Positions 37,831-49,950 of a stretch of 64,000 nt of DNA are shown here, piece after piece. The position numbers and the translations under genes are program-made. Location: positions 13,174,224 through 13,238,223 of the forward strand of contig NC_057754.1 of the NCBI RefSeq assembly GCF_004010195.1, given 5' to 3'. Positions within the stretch are counted from its first letter, which is position 1, and each line of letters starts with the position of its first letter. This DNA comes from Chiloscyllium plagiosum. Taxonomy: Eukaryota. Under the pieces are notes generated by a model, which had not been told where the DNA came from, ran no database searches, and was given only the letters and a program-made list of their open reading frames with translations.

Positions 37831-39465
37831 AGAAAACGTAAAGGTTTTCGAAAGGGAAGAACTTATAATAACTGTATACATTTGGGAGTAAAAGGTAATG
37901 ATAAACTATTGTAATTTAAGATAATTATTAGAATCCATTGTTGAGGATATTTGCAAAGTTACACCACAATCCATCGGAGTCAACATGGTTTTCAAAGGAT
38001 AAATCGAGTTTGAAGTGTTCGCTTAACTTACTTAAATACGTGACAAGCAAGGTGGATTCCTGGAGATGGAATGTATCTGGTCTTCCTGAAGGCATTGGAT
38101 ATGTCGCTTCTCCAAAGAGGAAGTGGTAAGATCAGACAACATCGGTTTAGGAGTAATTTATTGGCTTAGATGGAGGATTGGTTAACCAACAAAATGCAGT
38201 CAGATGGAATAAATGTGTCATTTTCTTTTGGCAAATACAATTTGTGGGATGCCATTGATTTCAGTTCTCATTTGTGATCGATGGTATTACTGTACTCGGT
38301 TGACAGGATAGAAAATACTGTAGCTACATTTTCAGATGACACGAAAATTGGTGGGAAGTTACTTTGGAATGATAATGCAAGAGATTAAAAAACTATATGG
38401 ACAGGTTGGGTGAATAGGCAAACATTTGGCAATGAAATTTTAAGTGAATAAATATGGGGCTATTCAAGTTGGGCAGAATAATGGAAAGACAGTTATTATC
38501 TAAGTGGAGAGAAAGTTCAAAGTGCTTAGGTGCAGAGGGATCTGGGTGTCTGCTGGCATATCAAAGAAAACCTGTTTGAGGGTACTGCAAGTAATGAGAA
38601 ATGCAAGCATAGTTTCAGTGTTTATTTATAAAAGGATAGAGTAGAAAGGTAGGGAATGTTGGTGTAGCTATGCAAGGCATTAGTGAGGCTGCAACTGGAA
38701 TATAGTTTAGGTGTCCTGCAGAATGAGGTATTTGCATTGGAGGCAATTCAGAATAGCTTCATTAGATTGATTCCATATTTGAAGTGTTTGTCTTATGAAG
38801 AGAAATTTAGCAGTTCAGGCCTCTACTCTCGAGTTTATAAGAATAAAAGGAGATCGCATTGAGGTCTGTAAAATGCTAAAAGTAATTGAAAGTGTAGATG
38901 TGGAGTGTATTTTCTTTCCTGTGGCGCAATCTACAAGAAGAGACTCGGGTTTTAGGATGGAGAGATGGCAGGAAAGTGGAACAGAGGCCGCGATGACATC
39001 AGCCATGATTGTATGCAATGACGGAGCAGGTTCGAGGGGTTGGATTCCTCACAGAAGCTCCTTGTTCTTATTCAACCCTTCGACTGTATTGCACAGGAAT
39101 GGGGGAGGCCTGGGTATCATACAGGAAACAGGCACTCAGGATAAATCATTCTCAATCAGTTAGAGAGAACGTAACCAGTAGGGTCACGCAGTGACCAGCG
39201 CTGGTTCCTCAACTATTTACAATCTATATTAATGATTAGGAGGATGGAACAGACATACAGATGCTGAGTTTGGTGATGTCGCTGTGATAAGCAAGAGATT
39301 AAATTATCAAGAGAGGGTGGAGAGTCTGCAGATAGATTCAGAGAGGTAAAGACAATAGATAATAGTTTGGCAGGTGGAATTTAACATGATATAACCTGTC
39401 ATTTCATTTACAGGAATAATCGAAGGCAGTACGTTACTGAAATGGAGAAGGATTACAGGACTTAA
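37830..39465 (+). mobile_element. Decayed CR1 ORF2 fragments
   Basis: Peptides FSDDTKI, IKGDRIEVCKMLK and QR.LGV motifs. Confidence 0.8.
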
Positions 39466-39469
39466 TTAT

Positions 39470-40200
39470 ACTGTGTCCTGAGGGGGGCGGGGTTCACTCA
39501 GATCCATTCTGACATGGGAGGTTTTGCTCCATCCCTTATCGTCTGCTCCTTGACACTCCAAGTGACTCCATTGCTCTCCATATACATGGAATATATTGAT
39601 GTGGTTGATTGGTGGCGTGGATGATGTTTTGAAACGTGCATCAAGGAGACGGCCTTTATCCAAGACATATTCATTTCTTTCTACGTGGACACCCGATGAC
39701 GATGGGAATGGCTGACTGCTTCTGAATGAAGAGGCCGTGACTGCTGCCAGGACAGTGGGTATTCACCAACATGATGTACTGTGCATGGGAACGCTGCAAC
39801 ATTAATAGAGAGAGAGCTCCTTCAGTTCCTCCACCTCTCCCCATTGACATGGGTACTCCGCAGATGCCATGTACACCATTGTGAATCCCACTATACTGGA
39901 TACACCCGGCATCTCCCTTCTGTGGGAGAAACAATGTGTTGACCCCATCGATCATATATAACCTCCGTCACTGTATGGTGACACTGATGTTGAGATACTG
40001 CGAGATGATGGATATGTCACCTTGTCTTGCCTGGAAAGTTCTGGATCATAGAAGCTGAATGAAACTGTGACCTTAACAGCCACTGGCAGCACCATCCTCC
40101 CCCTGGTGTGAAGCTGCAGGTAATGTTGAAGGAGGTGACACCGCTCTGTGACAAGCTCCTTGTTCAATCGGGGTCCCCTCATACTTTGATCCTAGGTTTA
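39470..40200 (-). pseudogene. PIF/Harbinger transposase relic (best preserved copy)
   Basis: Peptides RLNKELVTERCHLLQ..LPVAVKVTVSFSFY, IMLVNTHCPGSSHGLFIQKQS, LDKG and EQTI. Confidence 0.85.
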
Positions 40201-40503
40201 GTGGAGCTTGGGAAGCTGTTCCTGGAAAACCCGGGGAAGATACAGCAGATCCCTTTCCCCACACACACCCACTCCGTGGTTTCAGAGCTTCCCCTCTGCA
40301 GCCTCTGCTCCATTTGCTGTTCATGTTACCGGCCCAGATGTTGTTAGTATAGTCTCGAGGCTCCATCCAGAGTTGGGTCACCAAATCCTCAGGTCTCCCT
40401 AAATGTCGGAGGCAGCTCACATCACAACCTCCAGCAAACCATTCCCAGCCTCTCCACTAACTTTTCAATAACAGGAGTCAGTCAGAAACCCCTCCTCTAT
40501 AAG

Positions 40504-41105
40504 TGTTGTGGACCAGTCCAGATCCCCCAAAATGTTTTCAGAAGGCCGCTTAGACCCAAACATTTCATTATTTTGAATATAGATGTGAAGTGTGCGTTCC
40601 AGATATGCTGTGACTGGTCAAACCACTCGACATTAAGCAAAATATAATCTATTCAAATGTTTTAGTTAAAATCCAATCTAAGAAAAGAACATTTTGGGAT
40701 AGCTTGTATGTTGGAACACTTACACAAACAATAGAAATCGTACCTTCTTGGTATACACTGTTTGACACAAAGATATATTCAAATACAGATTCTTACATGC
40801 AGTTTTCTGATTCAGGAGAAATCAACATCAACAGAGATCTCAGAGAGAAAAGCAGCTAGGGATCATGTATTGAAACTTCCAACCCTTCTAGGATCCTCAA
40901 CAGCTTCTGAATGCTGCAGCTAAAAACAAAATGAGAAATCTTGGTCTGGGAGAGCTGGCCACTGCCCTTCGATTGTTACCACCATTTAATGAAACCTAAA
41001 GGCCTCCTCAGTTATTTACTTAAACTGTGTTCAGACAGCAGTTCTGCACCTCTGCCTTTAGAACCTCTCTTCAAAAACATCCTAAGGGAAACTAACCTCT
41101 TTACA
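40504..41105 (-). mobile_element. LTR (TG...CA)
   Basis: Starts TGTTGTGGACC and ends TTTTACA; same family as 16255-16899. Confidence 0.8.
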
Positions 41106-41217
41106 GTGATAGTATACTCTCAACTCCTCCTTTAATAAAATGATCCATCAATATACAAAGATGGATTAATTTTAGACCTCCTAATCGTCTCTATTAGTAG
41201 ACTGAAATGTATATATA

Positions 41218-42645
41218 GGTAAAAACAATGACTGCAAATGCTGGAAACCAGATTCTGGATTAGTGGTGCTGGAAGAGCACAGCAGTTCAGGTAGCATCCG
41301 AGCAGCAGTAAAATCGACGTTTTGGGCAAAAGCCCTTCATCGGGAATGCAGGCAGAGAGCCTGAAGGGTGGAGAGATAAGTGAGAGGAGGGTGGGGGTGG
41401 GGAGAAAGTAGCATAGAGTACAATAGGCGAGTGGGGGAGGGGATGAAGATGATAGGTCAGGGAGGAGAGGGTGGAGTGGATAGGTGGAAAAGGAGATAGG
41501 AAGGTCGGACAAGTCATGGGGACAGTGCTGAGCTGGAAGTTTGGAACTGGAGTGAAGTGGGGAAAGGGGAAATGAGGAAACTGTTCAAGTCCACATTGAT
41601 GCTCTGAGGTTGACGTGTTCCGAGGCGGAAGATGAGGCGTTCTTCCTCCAGGCGTCTGGTGGTGAGGAAGCAGTGGTGAAGGAGGCCCAGGACCTCCATG
41701 TCCTCGGCAGAGTGGGAGGGGGAGTTGAAATGTTGCGCCACAGGGCAGTGTGGTTGATTAGTGCGGGTGTCCCGGAGATGTTCCCTAAAGCGCTCTGCTA
41801 GCAGGAGTCCAGTCTCCCCAATATAGAGGAGACCGCATCGGGAGCAACGGATACAATAAATGATATTGGTGAATGTGCAGGTAAAACTGTGAAGGATGTG
41901 GAAGGCTCCTTTAAGGCCTTGGATGGAGGTGAGGGAGGAGGTGTGGGCGCCGGTTTTGCAATTCCTGCGGTGGCAGGGGAAGGTGACAGGATGGGAGGGT
42001 GGGTTGTAGGGGGGCGTGGACCTGACCAGGTAGTCACGGAAGGAATGGTTTTTGTGGAAGACGGAAAGGGGTGGGGAGAGAAATATATCCCCGGTGGTGA
42101 TGTCTTTTTGGAGGTGGCAGAAATGTCGGTGGATGATTTGGTTTATGCGAAGGTTGGTAGGGTGGAAGGTGTGTACCAGGGGCGTTCTGTCCTTATTACG
42201 GTTGGAAGGTTGGGGTCTGAGGGCGGAGGTGCGGGATGTGGACGAGATGCGTTGGAGGGCATCTTTAACCACGTGGGAAGGGAAATTGCGGTCTCTGAAG
42301 AAGGAGGCCATCTGGTGTGTTCTGTGGAACTGGTCCTCTTGGGAGCAGATACGGCGGAGGCGGAGGAATTGAGAATACGGGATGTCATTTTTGCAGAAGG
42401 TAGGGTGGGAAGTGGTGTAATCCAGGTCGCTGTGGGAGTCGGGTTTGTAAAACATGTCAGTGTCAAGTCGGTCGTCATTAGTGGAGATAGAGATGTCCCT
42501 GAAGGGGATAGAGGTGTCAGAGCTGGTCCAGGTAAATTTTAGGTCAGTGTAGAATGTGTTGGTGAAGTTGATGAATTGCTCAACCTCCTCGCGGGAGCAC
42601 GAGGTGATACTAATACATTCATCAATGTAGCGGAGGAAGAGGTGC
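41218..42645 (-). mobile_element. 5'-truncated Penelope-like element, relatively young
   Basis: Long open frame plus tail; possible TSD TGTATATATA/TGCATATATA; inserted within Gypsy internal sequence. Confidence 0.93.
41514..42645 (-). CDS. PLE polyprotein fragment: RT C-terminal half (LRYIDE) plus GIY-YIG endonuclease
   Basis: Peptides FLRYIDECI, IPYSQFLRLRRICS, FPCHRRNCKT and NIIYCIRCSRCGLLYIGETG..ERFREH. No native start, and the catalytic YIDD is altered to YIDE. Confidence 0.85.
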
Positions 42646-42649
42646 ATAT

Positions 42650-45236
42650 ATATATTACATTGACTCTGAGCATACAAATGTTCAGAACTCGATTCGATTT
42701 CAATCATTTTACTCCTGCCCCAGTACGACTTTGTCTTTCTTCATCCAAGTCTCCATAACGTGTCAAAGCTTAGGCTTTTCTCGCCCTTTGATCTGTATAA
42801 TTTCAAATTGAATGGCAGCAATAATAAGCTCAATCTAAACAGACTGGTATTCTTCTCCCTACACCTCTCCAAAAACTTTAAGGGTTCATGATCAGTGAGA
42901 AAGATTTGTCTCAGGTATGTTATTCATGATTTAAATGCTGAAATGTTGTAATGCCAACACCAAGCTCAAGGCCTCCTTCCCCATTGTGGAATAAATCTTT
43001 TAATGTTTCCACTGGACACTCCAAACACACGTTACATAAGGGAGCACTTCTCATCTCTCCAATACTCCCTATGAATGACATGTCTCCTCATGTCTCAGCA
43101 TAAAAGAATTATCTCTTAATGCTGTAACCTCTTTACCTGCTACTCCTGGCCTATGCAATAAACCTTCCTCTCACAGGGATATGTTTTAAGAAGATCTCGC
43201 ACATTCTTCTCAATCCCTCATAGAAACCAAACATTGATTTCTGAACCCAATCATCATCATCAGCCTTTTCAGCTTCTAAGCTTGCCATTGCAACACGAGT
43301 TCTCACGACTGCAGGAAGTGAATTGTTGAACTTCTCCAAAATAAGAAATCTCTCTAAGAGTGCCATAGCTTTGCTCTGTTTTTAATACCCTTCCCCAGTT
43401 TCCAAAATTACTTTGTTAGATTCATTCAAACTCAATGTGCGTTTAACCAGGGTCGCTATTTTAGATTCCTGAAACACTGTCTGTCGGCTTCTGGCACAAG
43501 CTCATATGCACTTCAGGTGGCTTTCTTCACCTCCACCTACTCCCCAGATACCGACAAATGCAAATACCTATCAGCTTTGTTTGAATCAACTAAATCCACA
43601 TGGTCACTGGGCACTGCATTTGTTTAGCCACTTTCTCAAATGAAATTAAAAAGGCTCCCCCCATCCTTCTCATCAAATTTAGATAATGCCTGGATGTATT
43701 TAAACAGATCCCCATCAGACCTTTGGCGACTATAGGATTGCTCATCCTCACTACCCTTCTCATCCAGCCTACCCTCTGCCTTCATCACAAACTTCTAAGT
43801 CAACTTTCCTCTCTAATTACTAACTTTTGAAGTTGAAACTCTCTGTTTTTCTTCTCTTTTTCTCTCTTTCTTATTCATTTCCTTTTCCTTTATTTCTATT
43901 TTTCAACATAATTCAAACTGTTTCAATTCCTTTTCATATTCAAGGTGACTCATTTGAAATTGAATTCCTGCCTTTTCCGAAGAGTCTGATGGGAGTTCCA
44001 CCAAATTTAATAGCCGAGCTACAGCTGTAATTATCTCTCACTTTCTCACAGACAAACACAACCCCAACTCCAGCTTGTCTGCCAATTCCTACAGCTTTGC
44101 CTTCATTACCTTTTGTAAAACCCCCAACTTAACTTTTTCCACACCCAAAGAACTCTCAGTGACTGAAAGAATCTTTATACACAAAATATTGTTTAAACCA
44201 ACCGAATTCAACATCCGGAACAAAAGACACTGATAACTACCATACGCGACCTTTGAACCCAATAGCGTCCCGGTGCATACTCTCCAGTGTCTGCATGAGC
44301 TCATTCTGGATGCTCTGGTTTCCTCCCACAATCCAAAGATGTGCATGTCTGGTGAATTGGCCATGCTAAGTTGTTTGTAGTTTTCAGGGATGTGTGGGTT
44401 AGGAGCCTTTGTCGGGGTAAATGTGTAGAGGAATGGGTTTGGGTCGGTTACTCCTCGGAGGGTTGGTGTGGACTTGTTGGATCGAATGGCCTGTTTGCAC
44501 ACTGTAGGGATTGTAATTCTAAACCCAATTTGTTATTACCGATTTGGAGCTGAAAATGTGTTGCTGGAAAAGCGCAGCAGGTCAGGCAGCATCCAGGGAA
44601 CAGGAGAATCGACGCTTCGGGCATAAGTCCTTCTTCAGGGTTACCGATTTAGAACCAGGCAAGAGTCCCCAGTTTGCTATGGACCAACCAGACTGCCTCA
44701 ATCTATTTCAAGAAGGTAACTTGGATGCCAACATTTTCTTATTTTAAAGGTAGATGCGACGTGGGTGTTCCAGATGTGATGCTACTAGTCAAACCACTCA
44801 CCATTAATTAAAACACAATATACTTAAACACTCAAATGAAAATCCATACAAAATGAAGAGGATTTTAGAATAACTTAACTATTGGAAACCTTAACCGAAT
44901 AATGGATGCAGTACCTTCTACAAGTGAACTGTTCCAACATACTAACATCACCTAAACACGCTCCATGGTAAAAAGGAGCATTCAGACATACAGTGCTCCA
45001 ATCTAGGAGGAAATAGCATCAAGTGAAGTTCCAGAGAGAATAGCAGCTAGGGATGATTTATTAAAACTTCGGACCCTTCTGGGACCCCAAGCTCCTGGTT
45101 ACTGTTACAGCTACTAGGAAAAAACTAGAAAGCCTGGTCTGTGCCAGCTGGCCATTGTTGCTATTATTTATTAAAAACCCTAAAAGCCTCGTAAGTTATT
45201 TACTTGGGCCATTTTCAGTAGGCAGTTTGGCCTTTA
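42650..45236 (-). mobile_element. Second Gypsy (Gmr1-like) relic: 5' LTR (~44678-45236), PBS, gag, partial pol
   Basis: PBS-like TGGGGACTCTTGCC next to the LTR end; gag peptide ERFLILEKFNNSLPAVVRT. Contains a SINE (~44265-44520) and a PLE tail (~44545-44640). Confidence 0.8.
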
Positions 45237-45736
45237 NNNNNNNNNNNNNNNNNNNNNNNNNNNNNNNNNNNNNNNNNNNNNNNNNNNNNNNNNNNNNNNN
45301 NNNNNNNNNNNNNNNNNNNNNNNNNNNNNNNNNNNNNNNNNNNNNNNNNNNNNNNNNNNNNNNNNNNNNNNNNNNNNNNNNNNNNNNNNNNNNNNNNNNN
45401 NNNNNNNNNNNNNNNNNNNNNNNNNNNNNNNNNNNNNNNNNNNNNNNNNNNNNNNNNNNNNNNNNNNNNNNNNNNNNNNNNNNNNNNNNNNNNNNNNNNN
45501 NNNNNNNNNNNNNNNNNNNNNNNNNNNNNNNNNNNNNNNNNNNNNNNNNNNNNNNNNNNNNNNNNNNNNNNNNNNNNNNNNNNNNNNNNNNNNNNNNNNN
45601 NNNNNNNNNNNNNNNNNNNNNNNNNNNNNNNNNNNNNNNNNNNNNNNNNNNNNNNNNNNNNNNNNNNNNNNNNNNNNNNNNNNNNNNNNNNNNNNNNNNN
45701 NNNNNNNNNNNNNNNNNNNNNNNNNNNNNNNNNNNN
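45237..45736. other. Assembly gap (500 N)
   Basis: Run of N. Confidence 1.
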
Positions 45737-45990
45737 TAGCACGCCTGTCCCACAGTACCAGGGACCCGGTTTGGGGGAGATGGGGAGGGGCATTGGTGTT
45801 TCAGTGGTTAGCACGGCTGTCTCACAGGAGCAGGGTAACGGATAGAGTGGGAGGGGATCATAGTGTCTCAGTGGTTAGCACGGCAGTCATACAGTACCAG
45901 GGACCCGGTTTGGGGGCGAGGGATAGGGGGCATGGTGTCTCAGTGGTTAGCATGGCTGTCACACAGTAACAGGGACCCGGTTTGGGTGGG
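45737..45990 (+). repeat. Tandem array of SINE tRNA-head fragments (~65-75 bp, ~4 copies)
   Basis: GTCTCAGTGGTTAGCACGGCTGTC..ACAGTACCAGGGACCCGGTTTGGG is repeated. Confidence 0.85.
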
Positions 45991-47666
45991 ATGGGGATGA
46001 TTAGGATATGTGGAGAAATAGAGGGATAAAAAGGGATTATTGAAAATCAGCTGCGATGGAAATAAAATGTGAGATTAACTTCATGTATTTTTCAACTTTT
46101 CCCATATTTCTGAGTATCATGCACATGTCGGTATATATCCAAGTCACTGTTTCAAGTGAGGTCTGTCCCCTCCATCTCTCTCTCTTTCCTGAGTGTCGAC
46201 ATATTTCCTTCATTAATGAGACATGAGTGTTCGTTGCTGGGCCAGCATTTATTTCCCTTGCCGAGTTGCTCTCGAGAAGCTGTTGGGGAACTGCCTTTCT
46301 CAGTCCATGCACTTCGAGGTGCTGTTGGTTGCCAGTGCTCAGGTCTGTCTGGTTTCACTTCTTTGAGAAATTGTAGTGTTCTATCTGAATGGCTGGCTTG
46401 GCCATTGCAAAGGGCATTTGAGAGTCTGCCATTGCTGAGGGTCTGGCGTAACATGTACGTCAGACCAGTGAAGAGAGCAAGTTTCATTCTCTGGAGGACA
46501 ATAGTGAGCCAGGTTTTTTTTTAGTTTTGACTGCCATCAGTATTTCATGAGATTGCTAATTCCAATTATTTTATTGAAACCAAGTTTCACCATCTGTTGT
46601 GGTGGGTTTGTAGTCCGGGTTTGGGTCATTGTGTGATGCACTTAGCAGGCTGAATGATATCAATCTCTTCCTGCGTAAATCCTTAGAGGGCAGAATGGTC
46701 TCCTCCTGTCTCATTATTACGATGCTGACTGGCTGAATGGGATCTTCCTTTATCTCTGTAATATTACTGAGTGCATGAGAGAACAACACATGTGGCAGGA
46801 GCAGCAGCTGGCCATTCAGCCCGTCGTGCCTGCTGCACGTTTCAGAATGTGTATTGTTGATGTAATTGTAACTAAACACCCCTTTACTCTCTGTTCCCAA
46901 TAAACATTGATTCTCTTCTTCATCAAAGTTCTATGATACTCAACCTTGAGTGTTTTCAGTAACCCAATCTTCACTGCGACTTCGGTATGAAAACACCACA
47001 GTTCACAGAACCTTAAAGAGAAAGGAACATCCTTGTCTTATTTTGAAATGGGAAGGCCCTTAGTCTCAAAATGTGTTACCCTCAAACCAATCGCCACTCT
47101 TTTGAGATAAAGAATATGATAATTAGGAACAGATATTGAACATTCAGTCCCTGAAACCTGTCCATATTCCCATTAACTCTCCTAAAGCACATACTTACCA
47201 ATTTGAGTCTCTACTGAACTTGCAGGAAGACAATCCCAGACACCACACGATCATATCAGCATGAGACACTGGAGCAGAATTAGGCCGTTCAGCCCATTTA
47301 ATCTGCCATGGCATTTGATCACGGCTGAAATATTTCTCAACTCAATTCTCCTGCCTTCTCCGACTGACCATTATGAATAAAAATTATATATCTCTGTATT
47401 AAAGACATTGTCTGTGCCTGCACATGGGGGGGTGGGGGGGTGGGGGGGTGGGTGTCTGTGTGTTCGTGTGTTTGTGTGTAAATTTTCATATCCACGTGCG
47501 TATCTCTGTGTGCATGTGTTATGTGTGTAAGTGTCAGTATCTAAGTTCGTGTGGACCTCTGTCTGCAACTTTTTGCAATGTTGTTTTTGAAGAAAATACA
47601 TTGAAATTGGAATCAGTCTCCTTCCTGCTCTCTCTCTCTCTCTCTCTCTGTTCCCGTTGTTCATAG

Positions 47667-48030
47667 AGTTCATAGAATCCCTAGAGTGTGGAAACAGGCC
47701 CTTCGGCCCAATGCATCCTTACTGACCCTTCTCTGAGTAACAAACTGACCGTTTGAAGAGTAACACACCCAGACACATTCCCCTATCCTGCGTTTACTCA
47801 TGACTAATGCCCAGAATCTACACATCCCCGGGCACTATGGACAATTTAGCATGGCCAATCTACCTAACCTGCACATCTTTGGACTGTGGTGGAAACCGAA
47901 GCACCCAGAGGAAACCCACGTAGACACAGAGAGAATGTGCAAACTCCACACAGTCAGTTCCCAAGGGTAAAATTGAACTCGGGTGCCTCGCGCTGTGAGG
48001 CAGCAAGGAGAACCACTGAGCTTTATGATT
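47667..48030 (-). mobile_element. tRNA-derived SINE inserted at the acceptor of the alpha1-like exon
   Basis: Reverse complement of the 8291-8630 family. Confidence 0.85.
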
Positions 48031-48659
48031 AGATTCACACAATACTATCCTCTGCTAGTCTCCCCACGCCACTGAATCAGTGGCAGAGGTTTTCTTACTC
48101 TCTGAGAAGATAGCAAATCCTTTACTGTTGATCTCTGAAAGTGCATGCTGTTTAGCTTTTCAAATAATATCTTTGGCACACAGACCAGTATCGTCAATAC
48201 TGAACGGTATTACAACCACTGCTAGGCCTTTCTCAGGACTTTCCAATACTTTGTCACATAACATTTAAGCATTGGAAGGCACAGAAGGAGAATTACATTC
48301 TTCTCATCTCCTGACAAAATGGTTCACTCGCAGGTGAGCGTTTCCATTCTGACAGGCCCAAATATATTTGTAAACCTCCATCAACTAGCAATGTGTGTGT
48401 TTGTGTGTGTGGGGGGCGGGGGGGGGGGGGGAGGTGATGTGGGGGGGAGGGAGTTAAGTTGTGTGTGTTGATGGTGTTGTCACATTGGATGGTGCTGTGA
48501 GATGCTGCCCTCCCTCTCTCCCTCCCAGACTGAATCCTCGAGGCTTATCACACTCAGCCACTGTCGCTGCAGTAGGGTGGGGAGGCCAGCTGAGGGAGAG
48601 ATTGTGTCATTTGAAGCACCACAGAGACTGTCAGACCTGCACCCACATGTCGATACTCA

Positions 48660-49950
48660 CAGAGTTGGTGTGTTTTGCTGGAAAAGCACAGCTGTTCGGG
48701 CAGCATCCAAAATGCAAGAAAATCGAGGTTTCAGGCCAGAGCACTTCATCAGGAAGAGTAAATCCTGGAAATGTGGTCTGACCAGAGCCTCAGAAAGCCT
48801 CAAAGTCCCCACCCTTACATTCTAGTCCCCTCGAGATGAATGATAACATCTTATTAGCCTTCTTAAGTAATTACTCAACCTGCAAGTTTATCTTCAGCGA
48901 ATCCTGTCCTTGGAATCCCAAGTCCCTTTGCACTTCAGATTTCTGAATTTTCTTCACATTTAGTAAATCGTCCATGCCTGTATTGTTCATACCTTACACT
49001 CTCCCACATTGGATTCGATCTGCTACTCCTTTTCCCACTCTCCTTAACTTTTAAAGTGAAATGTTGTGGTCCCAGCCCTGACCCTTGTGGAACACTACTC
49101 GTCACTGGCTGCCATCCTGAGGACCATTTTATCCCCAACCTGCCTCCCGCCAGACAGCAAACCTTTTATCCATGTTAATACCTGACCTCTGACACCATGG
49201 GCCCTTGTCTTACTCTGCAGCCTCCTGTGCGGCACCTTATCAGTGGTCTTCTGGAAGTCCATATAGATAACTCCCATTGGCTCTCCTTGATGTAATCTTC
49301 TTGTTACCTCCTCAAAGAATTCTCATTAGCTTGAGGGCAACGTATTTATTGAAATGGGGAGCAATCAGAAGGTCTCGGTCATTCCTACAGACAGAGTGGG
49401 AGTGTTCCTCAAAACAGTCTCTGGTCTCCCCAGTGTGATGGAGACTGCATTGTGAGCAGCAATGACAGAAGACTGGATTAAAATGTTGCTTCACCTGGAG
49501 GATATGACTGGGGCCTTGGATAGTGAGGAGGGAAGAGGGGAATGGGCAAGTGTTGCAGCTTCTGCATTTGCATGGGAAGGTGCCATGGGGGAGTGGGGAA
49601 GTGTTCGGGTGATGGAGGGTGTCACAGAGGGGATAGTCCCTGTGAAATTTTGACAGCGGATCGGGGGGGAAGATGCGTTTGATGGTGCTGTCCTGCTGGA
49701 GGTGGTGGAAGCGGCGGAGGATGATCCTGTGAATGTGGATTCTAGTGCAGTAGGAAGTGTGGGCAAGGGGAGGTCTATCATTGTTCTGGAAAAGAAGGGA
49801 CGGAGTGAGGGAAGAAGTGAGGGAGCTGGGACAGTCACAGCTGAAGGCCCTGTCCACCGGAGTTAGGGGATTTCCTTTTTGAGAGAAGCTTCCCACTGCA
49901 ATGTGGCATCATCGAAGAGAAATAGCAGAGCCAGAGAAACTGGGAGAATG
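48660..49950 (-). mobile_element. PLE tail, CR1 RT fragment and PLE fragment (intronic)
   Basis: CR1 peptides YMDFQKTTDKVPHRRL and VTSSVPQGSGLGPQHF; PLE peptide HGTFPCKCRSCNTCPF. Confidence 0.85.

Noticed and set aside
41889..42542. 217-aa plus-strand ORF
   Set aside because: Antisense shadow of the PLE ORF.
40504..45236. One intact two-LTR provirus
   Set aside because: The LTRs are strongly diverged, no PPT or TSD was found, and the interior is heavily deleted; it may be two separate insertions.
45155..45814. Long ORFs of 185-199 aa
   Set aside because: Artefacts of translating the N gap.
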